From Octopus bimaculoides (Eukaryota), in contig NC_068981.1 in NCBI RefSeq assembly GCF_001194135.2, forward strand, positions 177,173,889 to 177,235,095: a DNA stretch of 61,207 nt. The letters are read 5' to 3'. The position numbers were made by a program, and so were the translations under genes. Below the pieces are notes generated by a model. It searched no databases. It was not told where the DNA came from and was given only the letters and a program-made list of their open reading frames with translations. Below are positions 13,401-25,110 of this stretch, piece by piece; within the stretch, counting starts at the first letter, position 1, and every line of letters begins with the position of its first letter.

Positions 13401-13500
13401 TGATCTTCACAAGTGACGTGGTAAATAACTGAATCTGTCCTACATACAGAAATCAGCAATTCTCAGATACTGAACGAATGTGAATAAAATGCTTTCAGCA
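10420..13500 (-). mobile_element. Tx1-like non-LTR retrotransposon relic (ORF1, APE endonuclease, C-terminus; RT not seen, gap inside)
   Basis: Minus strand RLMAFYVSAGARRTAFFRHLE..LVHDWN (endonuclease), WLVGFTDHK, and C-terminal LINLFKCHLKCKVRVKR..FYERWRKVTRL, homologous to 22330-23420. Clade assignment from memory of Tx1-type motifs. Confidence 0.7.
10978..11077. other. Assembly gap (100 N)
   Basis: Run of N after a poly-C tract. Confidence 1.
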
Positions 13501-13559
13501 CCCTTCATGCATCTTTAACAGGTTCAGCTAATGGCACTTCTGCACTTACATAGTTCGCC

Positions 13560-13720
13560 TTGAACCAGCAAATCCAAATAGAAAGATCTAGAAACAGAGA
13601 TAACCAGAACGTGGTGACCTAGACTAGAAATAATCCCAATAATAATTGGTGCAGTGGGAGTTATTAAAAACATGCATCAAATAAAAGCACAACCAAAACT
13701 GCAAGACCTACTGCAGACAG
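13560..13720 (+). mobile_element. 3' fragment of a restriction-like-endonuclease non-LTR element (R4/NeSL type)
   Basis: Reads SK*KDLETEITRTW*PRLEIIPIIIGAVGVI, matching the KYxDLxxEIxRMW..PIIVGALG RLE motif. Confidence 0.6.
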
Positions 13721-16029
13721 AAAATGGTACAAGGCATGCGTATATATATTACATAGAGTACTGTTAATTTAAAACTAAATACACATGGAATAAAATATTA
13801 CGCAATGAAAGACTACTGAGAAAAAATAATAGAGTAAAAAAAAAACCAAGAAAAACAATTTAGAGAAGAAATTATTCTCAAATTTTTAATTCATTAATGG
13901 TTGATTCATTATATGCTTGTTAAAAAAAAATGTCATCGCTAATGACAGTTCATGGAACTGTTACAAATTCCGAAGCTCTTGGCCTGTGACCAGGGATTTT
14001 TTTTTCTAAAAACCAACAGTAATATCACAAACACAAAATACTCAATTATAGCTGATGATTATTCAATAACCATCTTTGCCTTAGATCAAAGACATTGTCA
14101 CAACAGAAGAAAATATAGCAAAATATACAATATAATTATGCAAAGTAAGTTACCCAATAAATGAAATACTTACTCTGGATATATAGAGTAGTAATATCCC
14201 ATTAACTAAGTAACTTTATTCATTTATTTATTGTTAATTGTTTGGTTTTATTACTATTATCATTGTTGTGTTGGTTTTACATTTTTCCTCTACAAAAAAG
14301 AGATCAAACAATATTTCGTTTATTATTACATTCTTTACAAAATATAAATAAAATTAAAATGTAAATAAATTAACAATCGATATTATAGTTGCTATTTTTT
14401 CATTAAAGTTCAAATATGAGAATTTGTAGAGTTTACACAAACAATTAAAATATATATTTCATGTTAGAAAAGGAACAAAACAAAATATTAAAAAGGAAAA
14501 GAAAAAAAGGGACTATCACAAAAGATTAAACCTTCTAGGTTTGAACCTCAAGCAGGAGGCTGCAGAAAACCTGCAACTTCCCACAGTTAGTAACTAAGAC
14601 TAGATCTAGATATGTTAAATTTATCATAGATCTGTAAAATATATTTCATTGTAATAAACAATTTCACAAATCATTAAAACAAAAACAGAAAAAAACCTAT
14701 GTAAGATATATTTTTCAAATTAAAAACATTCTGAGAAAAATGGCCACATTTGGAGGAGGGGAAAGGGAAAAAGCAATATAATTTCAAAAATATTTTAATG
14801 CATGTTAAATGAGAGAAAAACTGATCTAAGCGTTAAAAACATCATGCAAAGTCAGGCAGACTTTTTTGTTACCATATACGTATTTTTGTGCATTACATAT
14901 ATATAATGTCAGTGTTTGTGCGACTATTTTGTTATTCATGTTTGTGTAATAATATATATTGCAATAATATATATTTCTGCTGGTGTAATAATGTTGTTAA
15001 CTCTGCTTGTATAATTATGTATATTATCTCTGTCCCCTGTTTAACTGTGTAAAATCTATAAAGCTGTCGATGAGTGCAGTGTATAGCTTTGCTACAAATC
15101 ATAATTCTATATAACAAATAGGGCTTTCCAATTTCTTCTGTCTAAATATCAACAATAACAATGAATAAAAAAAAAAGGCCTAGGAGAGTTTTAAACTTGA
15201 AAGGAAAATAAAATGAGAAAAGAGGACGAGCATGTTATGCTTGTCCCCACTCCCCCCTCTCTCTCTCTCTCGAATACACACAAATAGTTAATATAAAGAG
15301 ATTTTGTGCCTTAACAAGAAAATATACACTTTGGTACAGAAGAAAAGCAAAATTCAGCCCCAATTCATAAATAACATTTCATTGATTCTCATTTGTCAAG
15401 TTTCTATTACGCAGAAATATATACATATAAGTGGAAATGGATGTGCTAAGTGTGCAAAAAATAACTTTATTGTTTGTGGCTCTTAATAGTAGTCATATTA
15501 AACTACCCCTGCTGCATAATCCAGTTAAGTTCTATGCCACCATTATAGAGCTATTACATTATATGAAGAGCACATCTAGTATGGCAGAAAAACATCAAGC
15601 ATGAATTTTCTATTTCTTTTATTTCATGCATTCCTATGATAGATAATCAATGATGGTAAATTATAAATGTGATTTACAAAGTGTGTTCAATCATACTGAA
15701 TGCACTTAGGAAACAACATTTATAATTTGTCCTCATCAATTACCAATTGTAGAAGTACATGTAATAGATGTGAAATAAAAGAAATAACAAATTCATGCTT
15801 TAGGTTTTTCTTTCATAATATGGCGAATGTGTGTGTGTAACATGTATTTATGTGAAATAAAATATAGTGAATAAATAAAACAATTAACTGAAGTAACTAG
15901 TTTTATATTTTTAGTATGTACCTAATACTTGAAATGAGGGGTGTGTACATGTGTGTGTGGGCATGGGCTTGTGTAATTCTATGTATGTATATACATATGT
16001 GTGCGTGTATGTAAAAAATAAACAAAGTC

Positions 16030-16700
16030 AAGGCGAGGGGCATCGAAATATAGTTATGCCCAATATAAAAGCCGTTTAGAAGACGTTTGGGATAATCGAG
16101 GGGGAAAATTTTTGTTAATATCTAATAACGTGACGTTTCCTTCTTAAAAACTTATTTAAGACAAATTATCGGTATATTAATATCAGTTATTAATTAACTT
16201 ATTAAAATCCATAGAAAAGCAATTTTTAACATTACGTTACCTTTCCTCCTGAATACCTGCCAAGAGCAAAGCTAGTATAAAAAGTAATTACTACTTAAAC
16301 CGCTGTGAAAGATAAAAGGATAATCGAATATTAAAAAAAAAAAAGAGCTAATGTCCAAGGTAGATAACTCACAAAAAAGAGCTGATTTAACTCCCTTTAA
16401 TCACATATTTGAACACTATGGTTAACGTTTGTTTTCTGCGTATTTATTGACCAACCATTGTAGTCTCTGATACAAAATTCGAGTAATATTTGTTTTACTA
16501 AATTTGATTAATAATTGTTTATGTGATGCTTTGTTGAAAGAATAATAGGTAAATTACCGAAACATCAGCAGAGATTACTCTCTTCCTATCAGGTGCTAAA
16601 GGAACAACATCACGATGAATTCTTCAATGTACCCGGAGGGGAGAGAGGGATTAAGGTTCTTGAAGTTCTATGATGCAGAATGACTTAAACGTTTGTAAAA
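16030..16700. promoter_or_regulatory. CpG-retaining, promoter-like patch
   Basis: About 18 CpG counted by eye in ~670 nt of AT-rich sequence, against strongly CpG-depleted flanks. No TE homology recognised for 16030-16580. Confidence 0.4.
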
Positions 16701-17700
16701 CAATCTTTCAGGAGATTAGCCCATCAACCTGATTACTAACGCTAAGATGAAGGCATAAACCAGATGCACACAAGGGAAACAAGATAGACAGATGGCCATA
16801 AAGAGTAAGTCTTTTTCTGATGAAGAATGGACCACTCAATATGGGACAGTGATTTATGGTATCAGAGTAAAACAGATCCAGAGACACAAGACAATTTGGA
16901 GAAGGAAAATATTGAAACAACACATTCATAGAAGTACATGGTGGTGCATATATCAAGGAGATACAAACCTATAACATAAAAGATAATCAGATTTTCTATA
17001 AGAAAACCTTTTGCAAACCAAAGACCAGATCTGGTTCCAGCTAGATGGAAGATGATATGGTAGGGGATTGGTATGGTAGGACCATAAAAGCCACAAGATA
17101 GACTTGGAAGAAAAGGAGAGGAAGGACCAATATGATGTAGTATGATGTAGGTAGCTAATGATATTAGTTGTTAGGTAAACTTAGCACGAGAAGCGGAAAG
17201 TAAGAGGTTTCCCAGTGTCCTATGATTTAAAGAATAGAAGTATGAGATGTTCCAGACAACAAAGTAATGTCAGTGTGTATTAGGATACCATTTTGTGTGT
17301 CTGGTGGTCATTAAGAATTAATTAATGGCTTGAGAAACCCATGTAAAAAGATACTATTTGCAAAGTTAGTGTTAGTAATAAGTTCAACAAGGAATTTAGC
17401 ATTCAGATAGGTGACCGTCAGAGCTTGGTTCTCAACCCTATCTTGTTTATTATTGTTCCCAAGACAATAACAGACAAGTTAAAGATAGGCGATACATAAG
17501 GAACTTCTGTATGCCAATGACTGAGTTCTCATAGCTGAATCTGTCAAAGGATTAGAGAAGAAATTCCAAATATGGAAACAAAACCTAGAATCAAGAAATC
17601 TTAAAATAAACTCAGAAAAGACAAAAGTTATAGTTGGCTGGAAGGGTCCATGCTCAATATAAAGAAAAGGATTAGGTAAGATACCTTATAATCTACCCAT
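16590..17700 (+). mobile_element. Old RTE LINE relic (endonuclease end and RT core)
   Basis: KSFSDEEWTTQYGTVIYGIR (endonuclease C-terminal motif); QSLVLNPILFIIV..ELLYAND*VLIAESVKGLEKKFQIWKQNLES (RT YADD region). Confidence 0.75.
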
Positions 17701-17709
17701 TTAAACTAT

Positions 17710-18256
17710 GAGTGGATAAGAGGTGCTGTCGGGTCTGTAGGATCACAAACAGGGCATCCAGCCATAAAATATTGTCTCAGTAAAACCATACAACTCATGC
17801 CAGCATGGAAAAGTAGACTTGCATTTATGATGATTATAATAAAATATGAGCAGAGAGTGTAAAAAATGAATGATGGCTGCCAAAAAGGGGGAAAAATGAG
17901 GTGAATACACTCCATCAAATGTGTAATGTTAGTGTATATGAAAGGTGAAGCACAAATAAGCTTAGAACAAAAAAAAAAGAAACGAAAAAAAAACACGGTA
18001 CGAGAAGAATTAGATTCAGTGTACCAGACAGAAGACTGACTTGGGGAGGACACGATACACTTGTGTAAAGAAGTGTCAAATGAAATTAACCTGTGGAAAA
18101 GGAAGACCAAGGAAGACACATGAAGTAGTAGTGAAGGTCAATCTTAGGAGACTGAACCTCATAAATGGGATGACGAAAGTGGAGAGATACTATGTTGGAG
18201 AAGACCCATACAATCTATTAAGCATGCAAAAAGTGATGTAAAATGATGATGATGAT
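17710..18256 (+). mobile_element. Two decayed RTE 3' fragments ending in (GAT)n
   Basis: gggcatccagccataaaa..ccagcatggaaaagtagac (3'UTR); CVKKCQMKLTCGKGRPRKTHEVVV (ORF end); gatgatgatgatg tail. Confidence 0.7.
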
Positions 18257-20969
18257 GTTGGCATACCTATTGAGATTATTTCAACAGATTTTTTTTTTAT
18301 TGTGTTTACACTTATAATTTATGGTAAAAGGATTTTTTAAAAAAATAATTTTGGTAATCGAAGGGGGATTACTTCATATGAAACGAAAATTAGATGGATT
18401 TTAATATTTTAGCCTTTCCTAAAATTGAAGTTTTGAAATTATCAAACAGTTTGATTATGTTAAAAAATTTACGAATGATGAATTACTTCATTATATTTAA
18501 ATTTATAATCTCAGTACCTATGACTAGGAAACCAATTTTATTTAAATCAAATAGTAATTTTTAAATTGAAGGAATATTATAAAAACTATAGTTCTTTATC
18601 CTTAAATTATATCAGAAATATGATTTTATACTAATTATCCAGTTATTGCCATTCAGTCATAAAGAAATTTTTTTTTTTTAATTAATTGCATATATAAAAT
18701 AAAAAGGTAAATACAAATTAGAAATAGAATCAAGGATTGGAGGTGTTGATAAAATTTTACAAATAAAAACTTTGATTACAATAACATATTTTTATAATTT
18801 TCTTTGTTATAAAGTGTTTGCTTTTCCTTAGGTGGAGTTGTTCACCACTGTACAATCACTGACTTCATTCTCCTATTTTCTCACTCCAATAATGGTAATC
18901 TTCACACAATTTACTCAGGTCATTTAAGGAATATATTTATATTCAGCCCTATTTTATAACCTATAAATTCAACAATTCAATAAAATCTGTTTTGATGTCA
19001 AAATGCATAGGATTAAAAACTCCTGTTTCAGAATGTGGAGACAAAGTGATTCATTTGATACAATTATTATGGAGTATATGTTTCAATTAAGATTTTACTT
19101 TTCTTCTTTCACACATATGTCCTTTATGCTTGTCTTTACAAGTACACATAGTTTGAATATACAAGTTCTATATTTAATTTTGGATTAATTTTTAAAGAGA
19201 TTTAATTGATGAACTTAAAGGTCACATATATATTCTTTAAATGATCCAAGCAAATTAGATGTAAGTTCCCACTCTTTAGAGTAAGAAAATAATCAAACTT
19301 TGTAAAAACATCATACATTCAATTTGATGATAATAAAAAGGAAGAATTGTGTTTTTCATAATATAAATTAGTTTCTTATGAAATCAACATGATTACTGAA
19401 TGTTAAGTTTTAACAACATAAGCAGAATTTGTAAAAGCCAAAATTAAATTGAGCATTTGGGTTTTGATGATGATATAAATATAAAAGCGTACAAAAACAA
19501 TAAATGCTTCATATAAAACTAACTGCATAATGGGAAATAAAATTAAAACACCCATACAAAATGAAGTATAGAAAAATTTTTAAATTGCATTAAGTTAAAA
19601 GTAAACTTTTTCCTGTAAGAAAACAAAAGTTTGATTACCAAATTAAGAGAACAATTAGCTGTAATTATTATGTAAAAGAGATCTAATTGCAACTTTTAGT
19701 TTAGCTAAGCTTAAGATATTGTAAATTGCAAATGAAACTTCTTGAAAATTTTGACAGTACAAGAAACTAGTGCTAAGATTTTGTAATTTTCTTTCTAAGG
19801 ATATCACTTTCAATCTTGTAAAAATCTAAGTGTGTGTGCATGTGTGAAAGAATAAGAAAACATTTAGGAGAAACTAAAAATGGAAATGACATGGGTCACA
19901 CCTGAAAGACATGTGTAAGTGTGAAGAGGGAACAAATGAATATATTCCTTTTGATAAAACGATGTTAATATTTTGATGACTATCACCTAGTGACTGGCAG
20001 TGACATGGGTAAAAATTTTACAAAAATCCTTTATGATAAATCAATGTGCAAGGGAGGAAGCTATATTTGTTACTAAATTCAAACTGAGTAAAATAAAATG
20101 TTATGAGATAAAATTTCAATTTAGCAATTTAAGTTATTGAATGAAATTAATATGTACTGAAAAGAAATAATTCATGATAATTTTTTTTCTTTTTAAATGC
20201 TCATTAGAAAATAGAAGAGACGTATCATTTAGGTTTAATGGGAGGTTATTAAAAAACTAAAGAAATCATTTGTGCTTAAAGCTACCTACTGATGTAGTAA
20301 AAGTATCAAAATCCCTTGTAAATTATATTCAAAGAATTCTGGATCACAAACGAAAGGAAATGTTGAATGACGATCTACAAACAGCAACATATTGAAGAGA
20401 AAATGGTAAAAATTAGCAAAACAGTAAAGTAGATAAAGTTTGGGAGCTTTCAAAATTCTTTCTAATTGTGAAATAAAATAAACAAAAAAAAAAGGGGAAA
20501 ATATGTTTTAAATTAATTGCAAACCAAATTCAATAACAAGACATCAAAAATTCTAGTAGAAATAATCACCACAAAACACTAAGGTAATGTATTAATATAT
20601 TACTATCTTGACACCCCACTCACACTTTAAACTAAATGGACCTTAAGGCATTACTGACAGAATTGAAAGAAAAAATTAAAATCATAATTATCGAAACCAG
20701 TTCCTTTGGAGTTATTTTGCTACTTTTATGAAAATATCCAAAACAATTTTTTTTATTTAAGAAGGTATTTTTGTTTTGTTTTGCTTAGTTGGAAGTATCT
20801 CTTTTTTCAGATATTTCACTCATTCTTTTAAAACAAATTCTGAGAACCCGTTTTAAAAGCAAAAGCTAAATTCAGTTTGTTTCATCATTCTAAACTTTAA
20901 ACAAATTGAACTATAGAACAAAATCACAAAACAAATGAAAAAAATAATCTTCATCAAATATATCATATA

Positions 20970-21620
20970 TGTAACAGGGAAACCATTATCCAGACCTGAA
21001 TAAGTCAAGTTATATAAGTTGTTGGGTTACCTGCTAACAATAATGATGAATTGGAAGACATAAAATAATAGAGAGAATCCATGGAAAGTAAACTCTAGAA
21101 ACAATTCTGGTCGTTGCTAGAACAATCCTACTCTTTTCCTGAATCAAATTTTCAGAAATAGACCAGAATGCAATCCAAATGGACGGATGACAATTTTTAG
21201 TGAGAAGTTTAGACAGTGTCATGTGACAACTTGCTGGGGCAGCCTGCTGGAGCCTAGCAGCAGGTATAAAAAGGGGAATTTGACAAGACAGTCAGTCGGA
21301 CGCTGGCACTCATTGATGCTGCATCGAAGAGGCCAGGGAATAGAAGAAAGAAGACATGCACCCAACACCAGAGCTGAAGACACCTCCGAAAGGCGGGGCC
21401 CCACCACATCAAAACGGTAGAGGAGTGGGGGCCGAAACCGGACGTGGTTCCTCCTGATGATGTCTTGAGCTAACTGGATCCTATAAAGGAGCTGTTGTGG
21501 TAGCAGACCATGAAACATGGTTGAAATTCCTCCATTGTTCTAACTTTCCTGTGCTAAGTTCATTTCGTTTCTATTTTTTTTTTTAAACTATTCCAAGTGT
21601 AAAATAAACAATGAGATAAA
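20970..21620 (+). mobile_element. LTR-like island (probable solo LTR; right boundary not resolved)
   Basis: Starts TGTAACA at 20970. GC/CpG-rich relative to flanks. TATAAAAA 21265, TCAGTC 21292, AATAAA 21603. No matching terminal TGTTACA or TSD found. Confidence 0.5.
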
Positions 21621-22329
21621 TGGAGAAAAAGTTTGCAATCTTTTTCAGTAAAAAAAAAAAAAAAGATTATACTCTCCAAAAATAAAATAAGCATGAATAA
21701 ACTTAAATGTATAAATTTAAATTTTCTGTAGTACGATACTATAAAATGAATATATATGTTTGTATGAGTGTATGTATTCACATGTATATAGTACTATATT
21801 TTTTTTCCCATTTGCAAATTGATTTTCTATATTAAAAGTATCAAAAATGTTACTATAAATCTGTATCTATGAAATGAAAATGTGAATAAAGAACAAATAT
21901 GGAAGAATGCATGGATGTTAAACATGTAAAAAATAATATAAATCAATGCTTAAATATGTAAAGTTTCAGCACCTGTTAATGAGTTTGAAGTCAGCAGCAG
22001 AATGTATCCAAAATTTTGTAAATGAAACAAACTATTAAAAATGTCTTTCCACTCTTAAATAAAGTAATTAAAGGATATAGCATGGTGTAACATTATTCAT
22101 AGACATTGGTGAAATAGCAAATGGAACGCTACTTTCAAGTCTGATATCCAATGATTAAGATTGCAGATTTCCAAAGTAGATTATTAATCATTGATGCTGT
22201 AATTATTGGGAGGAGAGTGCTAATAACATATGTACTGCAATATACTGGTTTTGATTTGATCACTATTACTCTGTTCCTTGAAAAATAACCCAGTAGTGTA
22301 GTCAAAAGAAATTATCATAGGTAGTTTTC

Positions 22330-23420
22330 AGAAAATTGAATCTGTAGTCCCTTTATGATTGTGTCTGGAACCATAATAATGTGCTTGGGATAAACATGAA
22401 CATTGTAAATTTTCCACTTCTAGTCCAAGATTCTTTAAATTAGAGGATTCATGCCAAGACTAATACTGCCTGACCTTCATAACATGTCCCAGAAAATATC
22501 CGACCAATTGGAGCATATGCTCTATGGCTTCTTATGGAAGGGACAGGGTCTACTGGTCAGGAAGTTTGTTTGTTGTTAACACCTGATCCAAAGGAGATTA
22601 AAGATACTGTGGTCACTAATATGCAACCATGTGCTGAGGCTGACTCATCTGCAGAGATTCCTGGACAATGATAAGAGTGAACAAGTGTGGCCACCATCCA
22701 TGTAGCATCTTTCTGCACTTGTCTCTTTGACTGTCTTGCAGTCCTGGGTCAAACACAGACCAGAATAGAGTATTTGGCAACTGAATGGTTGCCAGGTGCT
22801 CACTGCAGTCTACCAGCTGGACAATCTGGTCAATGGAAAACCAACTCCCAAATTCTATAGAAGGAGAGTGGTATGAGTGACAATGACCTGGGAGTGGTTC
22901 TAAGTGTCAACAAAGGAAGTCTTAGCAGTCTCTTCCTTTTGGAGAACTTTCAGGTTGGGGGTTTATGAACAATTTCCAAAGAGTGGCTTTGCTTGTTAAT
23001 GATAATACAGGAATGGTCACATTGGAGCCCAAGACACATTCACAATGATGAAATTGCCTGGCACACACCCATTCAGTGCCCGAACATTGCTTATTCATGG
23101 GTTTATGTCAAACAGTTGTTATTGCATGCAGGACAGATCCGGCTATCAACTCAGTCTATCATGAAATCAATCCATGTCTTCCTTTGATAAGGAAGAGTGA
23201 GTAGTCTTCTTCTGCCTGGTGGTTATGGCTAAGGAAATTGTGTGGTAGATGTAGTTGAAAGCTTCAAGGAAAGCTTTTCCTCTCAGGCGAAGCCCTCATC
23301 AGTTTTTTCCACATACCATTTGAAGAGGAAGGTGAGAGTAGAGAGAGAGAGAGGTGCTACCCTCCAATAAATTTTATAAAAATTGGTGTAAGTGGTGAAA
23401 CTGACATGAATAAAAGGGCC
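22330..23420 (+). mobile_element. Tx1-like LINE 3' fragment
   Basis: SDQLEHMLYGFLWKGQ; DEIAWHTPIQCPNIAYSWVYVKQLLLHAGQIRLS (zinc-binding HxxxxC); YHLKRKVRVERE..NKFYKNW. Same family as 10420-13500. Confidence 0.7.
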
Positions 23421-25110
23421 TACACTAATTATGTGGATATCAGCCAGTAGCAAGAACTAGGAGAAGGCACTTGCCTTTTGTGTGTCAAGGTAATCCAGGT
23501 TATATGTAAGATGTCCTTAATAACTCTATGTGGCTACCCACAACTATTTTGGAATTCCTTCTTGTTATTTTGATGTCCCACAATGCTATTGCAAATTACG
23601 GTTATCTAGTTATTATTACTATTAGTAGTAGTTTTAAAATATTATTTTGTTGCTCTCACCCTTTTACTCAATGTAAATACCCAACTGCTTAAATTATATT
23701 TGGTATTCTGCTTTTGTTCTGTCTCCAGCATCCTGGGCCCATATAGCAAGCAAAAGAAATTGTTGTTGTTGTTGCTATTTATATTCCTTACAATTTGAAG
23801 AAGAAGAAAATGCCAACAGGAAACAGCAGATAACTACATTTTCCCTGAAGTTACAAATGTAAATGAAAATATGATAATGTTGCATTGTACACTCTTCTAC
23901 AGCACACACAAACACACATATACTCATATAAATACATATGACAATAAAAATAATTGAAATCTAAATTATAACTTCTTTACAATATTAAATAGGAGTTTAG
24001 TATTGTTCATTGGTGTTGGTTTGATTTAATTTATGTATGTCTCCACAAAGTGTAAAAATATAAGAGGAAACAACAGCAAAAAGAATTTGAAATTTGTCAA
24101 TATGAGTTGTATATTTTTGTAAAAAATGCTTTTACTTTCTTCTACCAAATCAAAGAAAAGCATATTCATAAATTTTTTTTTCACTTTTTTCATGATATAG
24201 GTGTAGCCTTAAAACTTTAAGCAAAGTTAACTCTTGGCTGATGTTAGAAATTATTAAAATCAAACATCAATTTTAAAATAATAAAACTCTCAAGATTAAA
24301 AATTTCTTTTAGATAATTCTTATTAAATGCTAAATTTTGTATATTAATGTGTAATGCAATAAAAATTTTGTATGTTAAAGTGTAATGCAATAAAAATTCA
24401 ATATAAACTAGTAATTTATGGCAAAGTAATGTTGTGCTATGTCTAAAAGCATACAGGGAACCAGTACAGACCAATGAAACACTAGTGACTTACAGTAATT
24501 AATGATATACTAGGACCCAGTAATACTAATGAAATCTATGGATGAAAGACATGCTATGCAATCACTAATTAACTAATGACACTTCGGCTGCTGAAGTGTA
24601 TGATTCACTACAATGAAAACTGAAGCATCAAAGATCTTCTCAGAAATGAGAAAAATTGCAATTTTCAACGAAAGACAATTTACACATCTTTCAATAATTT
24701 TTGTAAAAATCAATTTCAAAACTTTGTTATAAATATTTCATAAATAAAAAAATGAAGATTTTAAAAATAATGATCAAAACTGATGAAAGAGTCTTCCAAG
24801 TTAAATGAATAATATCAATTCCATTCACTGACAAATTAAATCTAAAAATTAAATTAAACCATAAATCCAAGCAACAAAAGGTGAAAAAAAGTAATACTAA
24901 TAAAAAAGAAAGTTAAATGAAAACAGCAATGAATAGAATATTACTTGTGTTGGGCGAATTGAAGTGAAGTGATAGAATTCCAGTAAAAAAGAATGAGAAA
25001 ATAATTTCTTCATATAAAAGAATGAAGAAATTACTTAAAGGTTAATGAGATGTAAATTATTTGTCTATAATGCATTTCATTAGTTAATAAAAACAACAAA
25101 ATTAGAAAAA

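Noticed and set aside
13551-13618. Apparent minus-strand exon with a gtaagt donor
   Set aside because: Most of the sequence is explained as a plus-strand RLE LINE fragment.
24025-24030. Minus-strand ATTAAA as the TET poly(A) signal
   Set aside because: Plausible position (~1.1 kb 3'UTR), but the hexamer is too common in this AT-rich region to call without 3'-end data.
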